The translations under genes were made by a program, and so were the position numbers. The notes below the pieces were generated by a model, which saw only the letters and a program-made list of their open reading frames with translations, did no database searches and was not told the DNA's origin. DNA of 64,000 nucleotides from Myxococcota bacterium (lineage in GTDB: Bacteria; Myxococcota_A; SURF-8): contig OZ223209.1 in assembly GCA_965140415.1 (NCBI GenBank), forward strand, positions 1,856,001-1,920,000, in the 5' to 3' direction. Numbering within the stretch: position 1 is the first letter of the stretch; every line of letters begins with the position of its first letter. Positions 28,772-37,968 of this stretch are shown one piece after another.

Positions 28772-29752
28772 TTACAAACCGTACTCCTGCGGACGATAAA
28801 GATCCAGATGGTCTCGTAGCCAGTCTGCGGTTTTCGCGATGCCATCTTCCAATGGTACTTCGACCTGCCAGCCGCAGTACTCCAGCGCAAAGGCCGGATT
28901 TGAAAGCAGCCTCATCACTTCACTGTTCATCGGTCGAATACGCTCTGCATCTTCCTCTATTTTCAGTTCCACCCCGATCGTTTCTGCACATAATGCGGCT
29001 AGATCGCCGATGGAAATCTCTCTACCGGTGCCGAGTTGTACTACACGTCCCAGTGCGACGTCGCTCATACCGACATCGATGATGCCGCTGGCGGTGTCGG
29101 TAACATAGGTCAAATCGCGAGTGGGTGCCAAAGCACCAAGATGCACCGTGCCGTCGTCGGAAAGCAGTTGAGTCAGAATGGTGGGAACCACCGCTCGCGT
29201 GGATTGTCTGGGTCCAAAGGTGTTGAAGGGTCGTACTACCACAACGGGTTGACCGAAACTGCGATAACAGGCAAGCGCCAGTTGATCGGCAGCGATTTTA
29301 CTGGCCGCATAAGGTGACTGGGCGTTTATCGGGTGTTCTTCGGTGATCGGAAGAAATTTTGCGGTGCCGTAGATTTCGCTTGTACTGATGCAGACCATTC
29401 TGCATCCGTTGGGTTGCTCGCGTGCCGCTTCCAGTATGTTAAGCGTGCCACCGACATTTGTCTCGATGTAAGAGGATGTCGCCATATAGCTGTAGGGAAT
29501 CGCGATCAGTGCTGCCAAGTGGAATACTGCATCGCAATCACGCATGATTTCACGCATGCGTCTTGGGTCGCGCACGTCGCCGGAAACGATTTCGATATCG
29601 CCGAGAATTTCCTTCGGCAGATCCGAAAGCCAGCCGATGGAACCGGCTGAGTTGTAATGCACCAGCGCCCGTACTTCATGATTTCTTGCGCACAGCTTTT
29701 CAACGACATGACTGCCGATGAAACCGCCTGCTCCCGTTACCAAAGCTTTCAT
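28772..29752 (-). CDS. NDP-sugar 4,6-dehydratase (LegB-like SDR)
   Basis: VTGAGGFIGSH, HLAALIAIPYSY, STSEIYG, YAASK and RPFNTFGPRQS.RA; start ATG 29752. Confidence 0.9.
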   Translation of the reverse strand: MKALVTGAGGFIGSHVVEKLCARNHEVRALVHYNSAGSIGWLSDLPKEILGDIEIVSGDVRDPRRMREIMRDCDAVFHLAALIAIPYSYMATSSYIETNVGGTLNILEAAREQPNGCRMVCISTSEIYGTAKFLPITEEHPINAQSPYAASKIAADQLALACYRSFGQPVVVVRPFNTFGPRQSTRAVVPTILTQLLSDDGTVHLGALAPTRDLTYVTDTASGIIDVGMSDVALGRVVQLGTGREISIGDLAALCAETIGVELKIEEDAERIRPMNSEVMRLLSNPAFALEYCGWQVEVPLEDGIAKTADWLRDHLDLYRPQEYGL

Positions 29753-30498
29753 GATTTTCTCCCGTTGGATCCATTCGGTGAAATGGAACCGGATAGAAAG
29801 CGCGCCGGATCGGCGGCAAATACTTCGTTGGCGCGTACATGGTCGCGCGGTGAGCCGATGTCCAGCCAGAGGTTGTCGGAGCGATACGCTTGTACAACTT
29901 CTCCTGCCTCGATCAGTTTGACCACCAGATCCGGGAAATCCAGGTGTTCGTTTTGCGGGATGTAGCTGAACACGCAAGGATCGTACACATAGATTCCCAT
30001 GCTGACCGAGTAATTAAGCCGAGGCTTTTCTTTGTAGCTGCGAATGCGTCCGGCGTTGTCTGCACCGATAACGCCCATGTCGATCTGTACGGCGCGTTCG
30101 CTGCTGGCGATAGTCAATGCTGCGTCGGAATGTTCGTGATAGACCATCAGGCGTCTGAAATCCATGTCGGTAAGGATGTCGCCGTTCAATACCAATAGCG
30201 GTTCTTCCGGCGGTGGTTGCAGCATCGATAGAGAACCGGCGGTACCCAGCGGTTGGGGCTCTTGCACGTAGGTTAGCGTCATACCGATGGGAACGCGCTC
30301 CGGCTGAAAGTAGGCGCGGATCAGGCTTTCAAGGTACCCGACGCTCAATACCACATCTGTAAAACCGGTTCTAGCCAACTGATTCAAGAGAATCTCGAGG
30401 ATCGGCACTTCTCCGATGGGAACCAGCGGTTTTGGTAGCACCATGGTATAGGGATACATGCGAACGCCCTGTCCGCCGGCCAGGATAAAAGCCTTCAT
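29749..30498 (-). CDS. Sugar-phosphate nucleotidyltransferase
   Basis: ILAGGQG.R..P.T..LPKPL, EPQPLGTAG, NGDILT and WLDIG. Confidence 0.92.
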   Translation of the reverse strand: MKAFILAGGQGVRMYPYTMVLPKPLVPIGEVPILEILLNQLARTGFTDVVLSVGYLESLIRAYFQPERVPIGMTLTYVQEPQPLGTAGSLSMLQPPPEEPLLVLNGDILTDMDFRRLMVYHEHSDAALTIASSERAVQIDMGVIGADNAGRIRSYKEKPRLNYSVSMGIYVYDPCVFSYIPQNEHLDFPDLVVKLIEAGEVVQAYRSDNLWLDIGSPRDHVRANEVFAADPARFLSGSISPNGSNGRKS

Positions 30499-30564
30499 TA
30501 ATACTGTTCCTTCATGCTAAGGATTGGCTGAATAAACGAATCGCTGTCGATCCATCGCACGGTA

Positions 30565-32916
30565 TTACTTCTTGTCAAGTGCGGCTTTCAGTAGCTCGGC
30601 CATTCTTCCGCTTGCAATGACGTCACTCTTAACCTGGGAATCACGACCCGATTCCCTTTTGCGGTTACGACCGCCGCGTCCTTGTTGCCCAGGTCGGTTG
30701 CTACGATTACTCGACCTATCCGAGGGTCTACGCTCGTTCCGGCGCGATTCAGAGCGTTGTTCCGGCGGTTCGGGTAGTGTCTGTTTGCGAGATAGCCCGA
30801 TGCGCTTGCGTTGCACGTCCAATTCGATGACTTTAACGGAAATCGGATCGCCGGTTTTAAAGATCTGAGCTGGATCGGGAATGTATTGATGATCCAGTTC
30901 CGAGATGTGGATCATGCCGTCCTGGCCGATACCCAAATCAACGAATACCCCGAAATTGGTAACGTTTTTCACTTTTCCGCTTAACTGCATGCCGACATCG
31001 AGATCGTCGATGCGTCGGATTTCATCGGCGTAGGCATCCGCAGAGAAAGCCGGAATATCACGCTTGGCCGGTTCTGCCAGTTCTTGCAGAATCCACGTGA
31101 TAGCGTGTTCGCCCAATTCGGCAGTGGTATATTCCGCCGCTTTCAGATTGTCGAGAACCATACGATTGCCGATCAGGTCTGCCACCGCCAGGTTAGAGTC
31201 GGCAGCGATCTTTTGTACGACGGTTTCATGTTGCGGATGAACGCCGGTTGCGTCCAAGGGATTTTCCCCTTTCACACGTAAAAAGCCTGCTGCCTGATCG
31301 AGTTGTTCACCGGAGAGGCCATTGACTCGCGACAATTCCTGCCGTGTACCAAAAGCTCCGTTGGCGGTTCGGTCGGCAACAATGGCCTGCGAGGAAACGT
31401 CATCCAATCCGGGGATATAACGCAACGTTGTTGCATCGGCTTCATTCACGTCCACACCAAAGGCAACGGTCTTGGTGCGCACGGTATCGAGCAGGCGCTG
31501 TTTCAACCAGGGAGACTCGCTTTGGATAGGAGAGGTCCGCCCGAATTCCAAGGGGCCGACTGCCAGATACTGTTTAAGCGGATTTTGAAGACTACGCGCC
31601 AGGGCCAGTAATTGCCGGTGACGCACACTCCATTGTTGTGTTTCCGCTATGAAAACCGAACTGCCGGCCAGTGTTTTGCTGGATTCGGTATCCATTAGCA
31701 GCAGATAGCAACCCTCGACCTGCTTGTCCTGCAAGTAGCGTCGCAACAGCTTAAGACTATCCTTGTTTTTGCGATCTTTACGAACCGCCAGCGCTGCTGG
31801 GTGTTTGATTTCGCGTAACTCGTCCATCGCAGCAAACAGGGACGCTTGCATCTGCTCTGCTTCCGCGATTGGAACTTCTCGTTCTTCCACCAAATTCCCG
31901 TTTTCATCTACAAGAATCAGCAACAGGGCTTCCGGTCCACTGCCGTCCAGTGCGATGAGCGGAACATTTCCCAGTGGTGCTTGTTTTAATATCAAGTCCA
32001 ATTGTTTCAGGGTGTCGGATACTTCGGTCGAATCGCTTTTTTGACGTAGTCGCTCGCGCAATTCGGATTCGATATGCGGTGCCAGCAGGCGTTCGTAGGC
32101 ATTGCGAATCGACTCGAGCAGGGTGCGTTTCCAGATGGAATTCGGGTTCGTGATGATTTCCTCATCCAGAATGGCATAGATTTCATGGGGATCCACTTTA
32201 ATACGCACCGAAAGTTGCTTGTTCTTCAATCCGTGTGAAATTGCTGCAAAACGTGCCGGGCGGATGTCGCGCACCGGTTCGCTACGTCGGTTGAAAGACT
32301 CGTAATTGCCGGAGAATTCATTGGGTTCCACCAGTACGTGGCATTCCAGTTCGCCTTCGCGCCAACTTACATCGCGAATGCTGCTGCGAATTTCGGGGTC
32401 CATGAAAATGCGTTCGGCGATGATATCCTTAGCACCATCCAATGCTTCTTCCGGGTTGGAAAGCGAGACCGAGCGCCCATAAACCTCAACGATTTCATTG
32501 GGTAGCCCCTCTTCGTCCTTTTGCTCCAGAATACGTAAAGCCAGCGGTTCCAGCCCCAGTTCCAACGCCACTTGTCCTCGCGTGCGTCGCCCCTTACGCA
32601 ACGGCATCAGCAGGTCTTTTAACTCCATGCGATCAGAGCAGCTTTCCAGTTTTCCGCGCAAATCGTCGGTTAATTTACCTTCTTTTTCCAGTTCGGCGAG
32701 GGCATGTTCCTTTTCAGCGCATAATTTCTCGAAGGCGTACACGCGGTCCAGGATATCAAACAGGGTCTGTTCGGACAGCCCGCCGATGTCGTCCGGGCGA
32801 TAGCGCACCAGGTAAGGAATGGACAATCCCTGCTCCAACAGCGCTAACGCTTTAGAGACATCCTCTGCGGGTAAAGACAGATCGTTCGCGATCTCGACAG
32901 CTACATTTTCCTGCAT
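30565..32916 (-). CDS. Tex-like protein (HtH, YqgF-like, HhH and S1 domains), divergent
   Basis: IPYLVRYR, GVDVN.A, AAGFLR, NPLDATGVHP and S1 motif GKVKNVTNFGVFVDLG; SD GAGG before ATG 32916. Confidence 0.85.
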   Translation of the reverse strand: MQENVAVEIANDLSLPAEDVSKALALLEQGLSIPYLVRYRPDDIGGLSEQTLFDILDRVYAFEKLCAEKEHALAELEKEGKLTDDLRGKLESCSDRMELKDLLMPLRKGRRTRGQVALELGLEPLALRILEQKDEEGLPNEIVEVYGRSVSLSNPEEALDGAKDIIAERIFMDPEIRSSIRDVSWREGELECHVLVEPNEFSGNYESFNRRSEPVRDIRPARFAAISHGLKNKQLSVRIKVDPHEIYAILDEEIITNPNSIWKRTLLESIRNAYERLLAPHIESELRERLRQKSDSTEVSDTLKQLDLILKQAPLGNVPLIALDGSGPEALLLILVDENGNLVEEREVPIAEAEQMQASLFAAMDELREIKHPAALAVRKDRKNKDSLKLLRRYLQDKQVEGCYLLLMDTESSKTLAGSSVFIAETQQWSVRHRQLLALARSLQNPLKQYLAVGPLEFGRTSPIQSESPWLKQRLLDTVRTKTVAFGVDVNEADATTLRYIPGLDDVSSQAIVADRTANGAFGTRQELSRVNGLSGEQLDQAAGFLRVKGENPLDATGVHPQHETVVQKIAADSNLAVADLIGNRMVLDNLKAAEYTTAELGEHAITWILQELAEPAKRDIPAFSADAYADEIRRIDDLDVGMQLSGKVKNVTNFGVFVDLGIGQDGMIHISELDHQYIPDPAQIFKTGDPISVKVIELDVQRKRIGLSRKQTLPEPPEQRSESRRNERRPSDRSSNRSNRPGQQGRGGRNRKRESGRDSQVKSDVIASGRMAELLKAALDKK

Positions 32917-32975
32917 GAAAACCTCTAGTTCGCCTTCCGATAAGCGTAATTGAGTTTCGGCCAATAAACAAAGCC

Positions 32976-33120
32976 AGTCTACAGCGATCACGGGCCGTAA
33001 GTCAACTTTGGGGCACCGCTTTTTGCCACTTGTAGGAGAAACAGTGTGACTACCCTTTATAGAGATTGCTTTTGAAGTGGCGAGTGTTTCTTTGACTTTC
33101 AGCGTTCGATTTGCTAGCGT
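32976..33120. promoter_or_regulatory. Divergent promoters for the tex-like and GAF genes
   Basis: Minus strand TTGACT-18-TAGACT (33005-32976); plus strand TTGACT-17-TAGCGT with TGn (33092-33120). Confidence 0.5.
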
Positions 33121-33186
33121 TTAGAGCTATGATTCGGTTCAGTTTTTTCGGGAGGAACGACACCATTCCGTGAGGAGGACAAACCT

Positions 33187-34917
33187 ATGCCGCGCTATGA
33201 AGTGTTTATTCCAGCCAAACCAGGCACCGACGGGCAAAGTACCACTGTAGAGGTGGAGGCGTCGAGTTGGCTTTTAGCCCTGCGATCGGGCATGAAAGAG
33301 ATCGGAGAACAAGGCGATTCGTTGGCATCGATCATGTGCGAAAACCGACCGGACGGAACGGTAGTCGTTAAGGATCCGACTTCTCGTCGTATGTTCCGCA
33401 TCAAGGAATGTGCAGAGGACGCCGGGGCGAAAGTTACCAGCGAACAGATCGCTCAGCAGCGCGAGCAGGAAGAAGCCGAAGCGGCTCGTTTGCGTGAGGA
33501 AGCCGAAAAGGCAGCCAAGGAACGTGAGCTAGCGGAAAAGGAATTACAGGAGAAAATCGCCCGCGAGAAGGAAGCCGAAGAGAAGGCGCGCCGCGAGCGG
33601 GAAGAGGAACGCCAGCGAAAAGCCAAGGAAGAGCAAGAGCGTAAAGCCAAAGAGGAAGCTGAGGCTAAAGCCAAAGAAGAAGCCGAACGCAAGACCAAAG
33701 AAGAGGCTGAGCAGAAGGCCAAGGAAGAAGCTGAACGCAAGGCGAAGGAAGAGGCGGAGCAGAAAGCCAAAGAAGAGGCCGAGCGCAAGGCCAAAGAAGA
33801 GGCTGAACGTAAAGCCAAGGAAGAAGCCGAGCGTAAGGCTAAAGAAGAGGCTGAGAAGAAGGCTAAAGAGGAAAAAGAGCAGTTAGCAAAAGAAGAAGCT
33901 GAAGCAAAAGCCAAGGAAGAGACTGAACGTAAGGCGAAAGAAGAGGCTGAGCAGAAAGCCAAGGAAGAAGCTGAGCGCAAAGCCAAAGAAGAGGCCGAGC
34001 AGAAGGCCAAGGAAGAAGCTGAACGCAAGGCAAAGGAAGAGGCCGAGCGTAAAGCCAAAGAAGAAGCCGAGCGTAAAGCGAAAGAAGAAGCCGAGCGCAA
34101 AGCCAAGGAAGAAGCGGAGCGCAAGGCCAAAGAAGAAGAAGAGCGGAAGCAGAAAGATAAGGAAGAGCGCAAGCGGCAGAAGGAAACAGCCAAGAAAGCC
34201 GCCAAAGCTGCCAAGGAACGTGAAGAGGCGGAGCGCAAACTTAAGAAAATCCGTGAGAAAGAAGAACAGGCCAAAAAGGCTGCCGCCGACTCTCAAGAGG
34301 GTAAAAGTCGCGAAATCAAAGTGACGCACTCCCGCTTGACTGCCGCCGAAATCGAGCAGGTTTTCGGCGAGGCAGAGGATATCCAGGAACCTTTCGACGT
34401 GGAAGACGTGTTGAGCGACTTGTTCCTGGACGTTATGGATATTGCCGAGATGGACGAACGCGCGGCCACGGATTTTGTGTTGGATCTGGCCATGAATGCC
34501 ATTGCCGCTGAAGCCGGATCGGTGATTCTGTCCGATATCAACTCGGCGTTGCACGATCTCCACTTTGCAGCTGCCAAAGGCAAGGTGGCCGAGCAGCTTA
34601 AGTCCATCCGCATTCCGCGCGGTCGAGGAATTGTGGGTTTCTCCGTTCAGGTCGGTTGCGCCATGGCTGTTAACGATGTAGACCAGAATCCGAATTTCTA
34701 CCGCGCCGTCGCCGATAAAACCGGCTATACGACACGTTCGATTCTCTGCGTACCGGTTCAGCACGACGAGCGTACCTACGGTGCGATGGAGTTGATCAAC
34801 AAAAAAGACAGCAACCGCTGGACCCCCGGAGAACTGAGTGTGTTACAATTCCTGGCCGGAAAACTTGGCGAGCATTTGAACCGGTTCCACGAAGCGGTGC
34901 CATTGGATCTGAAATAA
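33187..34917 (+). CDS. Protein with a small N-terminal domain, charged helical repeat and C-terminal GAF domain
   Basis: SD GAGGAGG; EEAERKAK repeats; GAF-type motifs GRGIVG, VNDV...F...V..KTGY.TRSILCVP and ELINKK. Confidence 0.82.
   Translation: MPRYEVFIPAKPGTDGQSTTVEVEASSWLLALRSGMKEIGEQGDSLASIMCENRPDGTVVVKDPTSRRMFRIKECAEDAGAKVTSEQIAQQREQEEAEAARLREEAEKAAKERELAEKELQEKIAREKEAEEKARREREEERQRKAKEEQERKAKEEAEAKAKEEAERKTKEEAEQKAKEEAERKAKEEAEQKAKEEAERKAKEEAERKAKEEAERKAKEEAEKKAKEEKEQLAKEEAEAKAKEETERKAKEEAEQKAKEEAERKAKEEAEQKAKEEAERKAKEEAERKAKEEAERKAKEEAERKAKEEAERKAKEEEERKQKDKEERKRQKETAKKAAKAAKEREEAERKLKKIREKEEQAKKAAADSQEGKSREIKVTHSRLTAAEIEQVFGEAEDIQEPFDVEDVLSDLFLDVMDIAEMDERAATDFVLDLAMNAIAAEAGSVILSDINSALHDLHFAAAKGKVAEQLKSIRIPRGRGIVGFSVQVGCAMAVNDVDQNPNFYRAVADKTGYTTRSILCVPVQHDERTYGAMELINKKDSNRWTPGELSVLQFLAGKLGEHLNRFHEAVPLDLK
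33619..34143 (+). repeat. 24-nt coding tandem repeat (KAKEEAER-like, roughly 20 units)
   Basis: 8-aa periodicity with synonymous codon variation. Confidence 0.9.
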
Positions 34918-34960
34918 CGGTCTTAGTTTGAAAGATCGAACGTATTTGTCTGGAGGAATC

Positions 34961-36508
34961 ATGCGATCGGCACAACTGTTCCGTCTGTCATCGATTGTGG
35001 TGCTTGTTGTGGTGTTGGTCCTGTTCGGTTGTGCTTCGCAGCGCGCGGCGCAGCAACGGGAGTTGGGTGCGGGTTATCTGAACCAGGGCGATCTGGTCCA
35101 GGCTCGGCAGGCTTATGAACAATCGCTGGCAGAGGAAGACAATGCATTGGCACATGCTCAGCTTGGGCATATCCTGGCCAAACAGGATCTGTGTCTGGAT
35201 GCTCTGCCGCACCTACAGGCAGGGTTGTCAGCTCCCGATGGTCTTCGCCGGGTACGTTTGGATCTGGCCGCTTGCCATATGAAATTGCAGAACTGGGGTG
35301 AGGCCGCCGAGCAGTTTCTGCTGGTTATCGAAGATGACCCTGCCGATTCAACAACCGCCGTGCAGAGCGCCGATCTCTGGCCGAACCTGGACAACGATCC
35401 CCGGTTGGAAGGTTGGTTAGAACGGATGGTCAAGGCGCAGCCGAACAATCATTATGGTTGGGCCTATACCGGTAATCACTTCTATCGACAGGGGAAATGG
35501 AAAGAGGCGTCTTACTGCTACCGGAAGGCGTTGGAGATCTTCCCGACTTCCTCTCCGGTTCTGATTCGTTTCGCTGCTGCCGAGTCGCGCCAGGGAAACC
35601 TGGAACTTTCCGAGAAGTTATATCTGAAGGCTCTGCAACTGGAAGATTCGTCTTCTGCTCGCTTTGGGTTGGCGGGTGTTCTGTTTTTGAAAAAGCAGTA
35701 TCCCGAAAGCTTGGAACAACTGGCGACCTTATTGAAGGCGCAGCCGGACAATCCCCAGGCTCTGGCATTGGCGTGTCAACTCCATTACATGTTGGGCGAT
35801 CGTGCTGCTGCCTTGCAGGCGGGAATCAAAGCGTTGGAGAAACTGGGTGACAACCTGGCGTTATTGCGCCTTGTTGCCGGGTTGGCATTCGATGAAAAGG
35901 ACTATGCCAAGGCGGCGGAATATTATCACCGTCTGATCGGTATCAACGAAAAAGATGCTGTTGCCTATCAGCGTTTAGGTGTCTGCCAGGCCAAGCTCGG
36001 TCAGGCCAACAATGCCCAGCAGAGCTTGGTGCGCGCCATCATGATCGATCCCAAAATGGCCGTGGCGCATCGAGAGCTTGGGCGATTGTATCGCGATTAC
36101 AAACAGAGTGCTCCCGCCTTGGCGGAGTTGTCTGAAGCCGTGCGGCTGGATCCGAACGACGGTGAAGCGCAACTGCTTTATGGATTGACGTTGTTCGATC
36201 AGGGACAGGCTAGTTACGCCAAGGCCGAAGCACCGTTATTGGCGGCGGTGGAGCGGTTGCCGGATAATCCGATTTCCTACAGTCGTCTGGCGGTTATCTC
36301 TATTTCCAAGCGTTATTTCTCCGAAGGGCTCAGTCGCTTGGAGCAGGCAGTGGAAATGGGTTTCGACGATCTCGCTTTTCTCGAAGGCCCCGGTTTTTTG
36401 AAGGTCAAGTATGGTCCGCGCTTTTTGGCCGTCAAGCAGCGCTTGGAACAGAAGCTCAACGAAGCGGAAGTTCCCCCGCTGGCACCGATTCAACTGGTAG
36501 CGCCGTAG
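34961..36508 (+). CDS. TPR-repeat lipoprotein
   Basis: SD GGAGG; lipobox LFGC; many TPR-like repeats. Confidence 0.82.
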   Translation: MRSAQLFRLSSIVVLVVVLVLFGCASQRAAQQRELGAGYLNQGDLVQARQAYEQSLAEEDNALAHAQLGHILAKQDLCLDALPHLQAGLSAPDGLRRVRLDLAACHMKLQNWGEAAEQFLLVIEDDPADSTTAVQSADLWPNLDNDPRLEGWLERMVKAQPNNHYGWAYTGNHFYRQGKWKEASYCYRKALEIFPTSSPVLIRFAAAESRQGNLELSEKLYLKALQLEDSSSARFGLAGVLFLKKQYPESLEQLATLLKAQPDNPQALALACQLHYMLGDRAAALQAGIKALEKLGDNLALLRLVAGLAFDEKDYAKAAEYYHRLIGINEKDAVAYQRLGVCQAKLGQANNAQQSLVRAIMIDPKMAVAHRELGRLYRDYKQSAPALAELSEAVRLDPNDGEAQLLYGLTLFDQGQASYAKAEAPLLAAVERLPDNPISYSRLAVISISKRYFSEGLSRLEQAVEMGFDDLAFLEGPGFLKVKYGPRFLAVKQRLEQKLNEAEVPPLAPIQLVAP

Positions 36509-36533
36509 GGGATCATCCCAAAAGCGATTCATG

Positions 36534-36569
36534 AAAATGCCGGGCAGAGTTGTTGCCCGGTATTTTTTT
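36534..36569 (+). terminator. Intrinsic terminator
   Basis: AAAATGCCGGGCA...TGCCCGGTATTTTTTT. Confidence 0.75.
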
Positions 36570-36575
36570 GCAACG

Positions 36576-36601
36576 AAAACGGGGCGGCAAAAGCCGCCCC
36601 G
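36576..36601 (-). terminator. Intrinsic terminator of the dcw operon
   Basis: CGGGGCGGC-TTTT-GCCGCCCCG-TTTT on the minus strand. Confidence 0.75.
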
Positions 36602-36624
36602 AGAATCGAAAAGGTGCGAAGGAA

Positions 36625-37893
36625 TCAGACGTTGCCGCCGCCATTCTGTTTGCCGTCTACGCGGCGACGGAAGCTTGGAATCTTGATCTGCTGTTCGTCC
36701 AGATCCGGCTCGAAAATGCGATTGAACGAGTTCGAAATCTTGACCTCGCGGGAATCGTTCATTAACTGCTCCGGGATCGGAGGCGGGGTCGTGGCCGTGA
36801 AGCTATGCGTTTCGTTGCGTTCGCGATTTTCCCGGCGTTTGACGGTTGGAATGTCCAGGTTTTCCATGATCCCGCGCTGACGCGGACGGCGCTCGGGTTT
36901 GTCTTCGTTCGTTTCCGGGAAGCCGGTAGCGATTACCGTTACCTTGACTTCGTCCTGCATGTTCTCGTCAACGACGTAGCCGAAGATGAAGTCGGCGGCA
37001 GGATGCGCACTTTCCTGGATGAAGCCGACAGCCTCGTCCACTTCCTGCAACGTCAGGCTGCTTGGACCGGTTACGTTAACCAGGATGCCTTGGGCACCGT
37101 TGATCTTCAGGTCGTCCAGCAGCGGGCTGCTGATGGCTGCCTGAGCCGCTTCCAGGGCGCGGTCTTCGCCGCTGGCGGTAGCGCTACCCATGATTGCCAT
37201 GCCCATATTGGCCATGATGGTGCGAACGTCGGCGAAATCGACGTTGACGTAACCGGCGGTGGTGATCAGGTCGGAGATGCCGCGCACGGCGTTGACCAGG
37301 ATCTCATCGGCCAGTCGGAAGGCATCCATCATACCGATATTCATGTCTTCGATTTCAAGCAGCTTTTGATTGGGAATGACGACCAGCGTATTGACCGATT
37401 CTTTCAGTTCCTGCAAACCTCGGGCGGCGAGTTGCTCGCGTTTTGGGCCTTCGAAACGGAAGGGCTTGGTAACGACGCCGACCGTCAGAATGCCCATTTC
37501 CATAGCCTTGCGGGCAATGACCGGAGCTGCGCCGGTGCCGGTGCCGCCGCCCATGCCGCCGGTGATGAAGAGCATATCGACGTCTTTGATTTCTTCTTCA
37601 ATGGCCGCGATGGATTCCTCTGCCGCTCGGCAGCCGACTTCCGGGTTGCCGCCTGCGCCGAGTCCACGCGTCAATTCTTCGCCGATCTGAACTTGCAGTT
37701 GTACCGGTGAGCGTTGCAGCGCCTGGATATCCGTGTTGCAGATCATGTGCGACACGTTTTCCACGTTGCGCGCCACCATGGTGGCTACTGCGTTTCCGCC
37801 TGCGCCGCCTACACCGATCACAGCCAGCTTGGCTCCCTTGTAGCTGACCGGATCGAAATCAAACTTCAACCGTTCCTGATCCGTCATGTTCAT
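36625..37893 (-). CDS. ftsZ: Cell division protein FtsZ
   Basis: GVGGAGGNA, NTDIQAL, GMGGGTGTGAAP and NVDFADV. Confidence 0.98.
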   Translation of the reverse strand: MNMTDQERLKFDFDPVSYKGAKLAVIGVGGAGGNAVATMVARNVENVSHMICNTDIQALQRSPVQLQVQIGEELTRGLGAGGNPEVGCRAAEESIAAIEEEIKDVDMLFITGGMGGGTGTGAAPVIARKAMEMGILTVGVVTKPFRFEGPKREQLAARGLQELKESVNTLVVIPNQKLLEIEDMNIGMMDAFRLADEILVNAVRGISDLITTAGYVNVDFADVRTIMANMGMAIMGSATASGEDRALEAAQAAISSPLLDDLKINGAQGILVNVTGPSSLTLQEVDEAVGFIQESAHPAADFIFGYVVDENMQDEVKVTVIATGFPETNEDKPERRPRQRGIMENLDIPTVKRRENRERNETHSFTATTPPPIPEQLMNDSREVKISNSFNRIFEPDLDEQQIKIPSFRRRVDGKQNGGGNV

Positions 37894-37968
37894 TCCTCCT
37901 TTTCCGATCCCATGTCCTTGCGTTTCTTCGTTTCTGTGTTCCCAAAAAAATATAAAACGTAGAAATAA

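Noticed and set aside
14529-34143. CRISPR arrays at the tandem repeats (14.5 kb, 16.5 kb, 33.6 kb)
   Set aside because: They are in-frame coding repeats with synonymous variation, no unique spacers and no cas genes.
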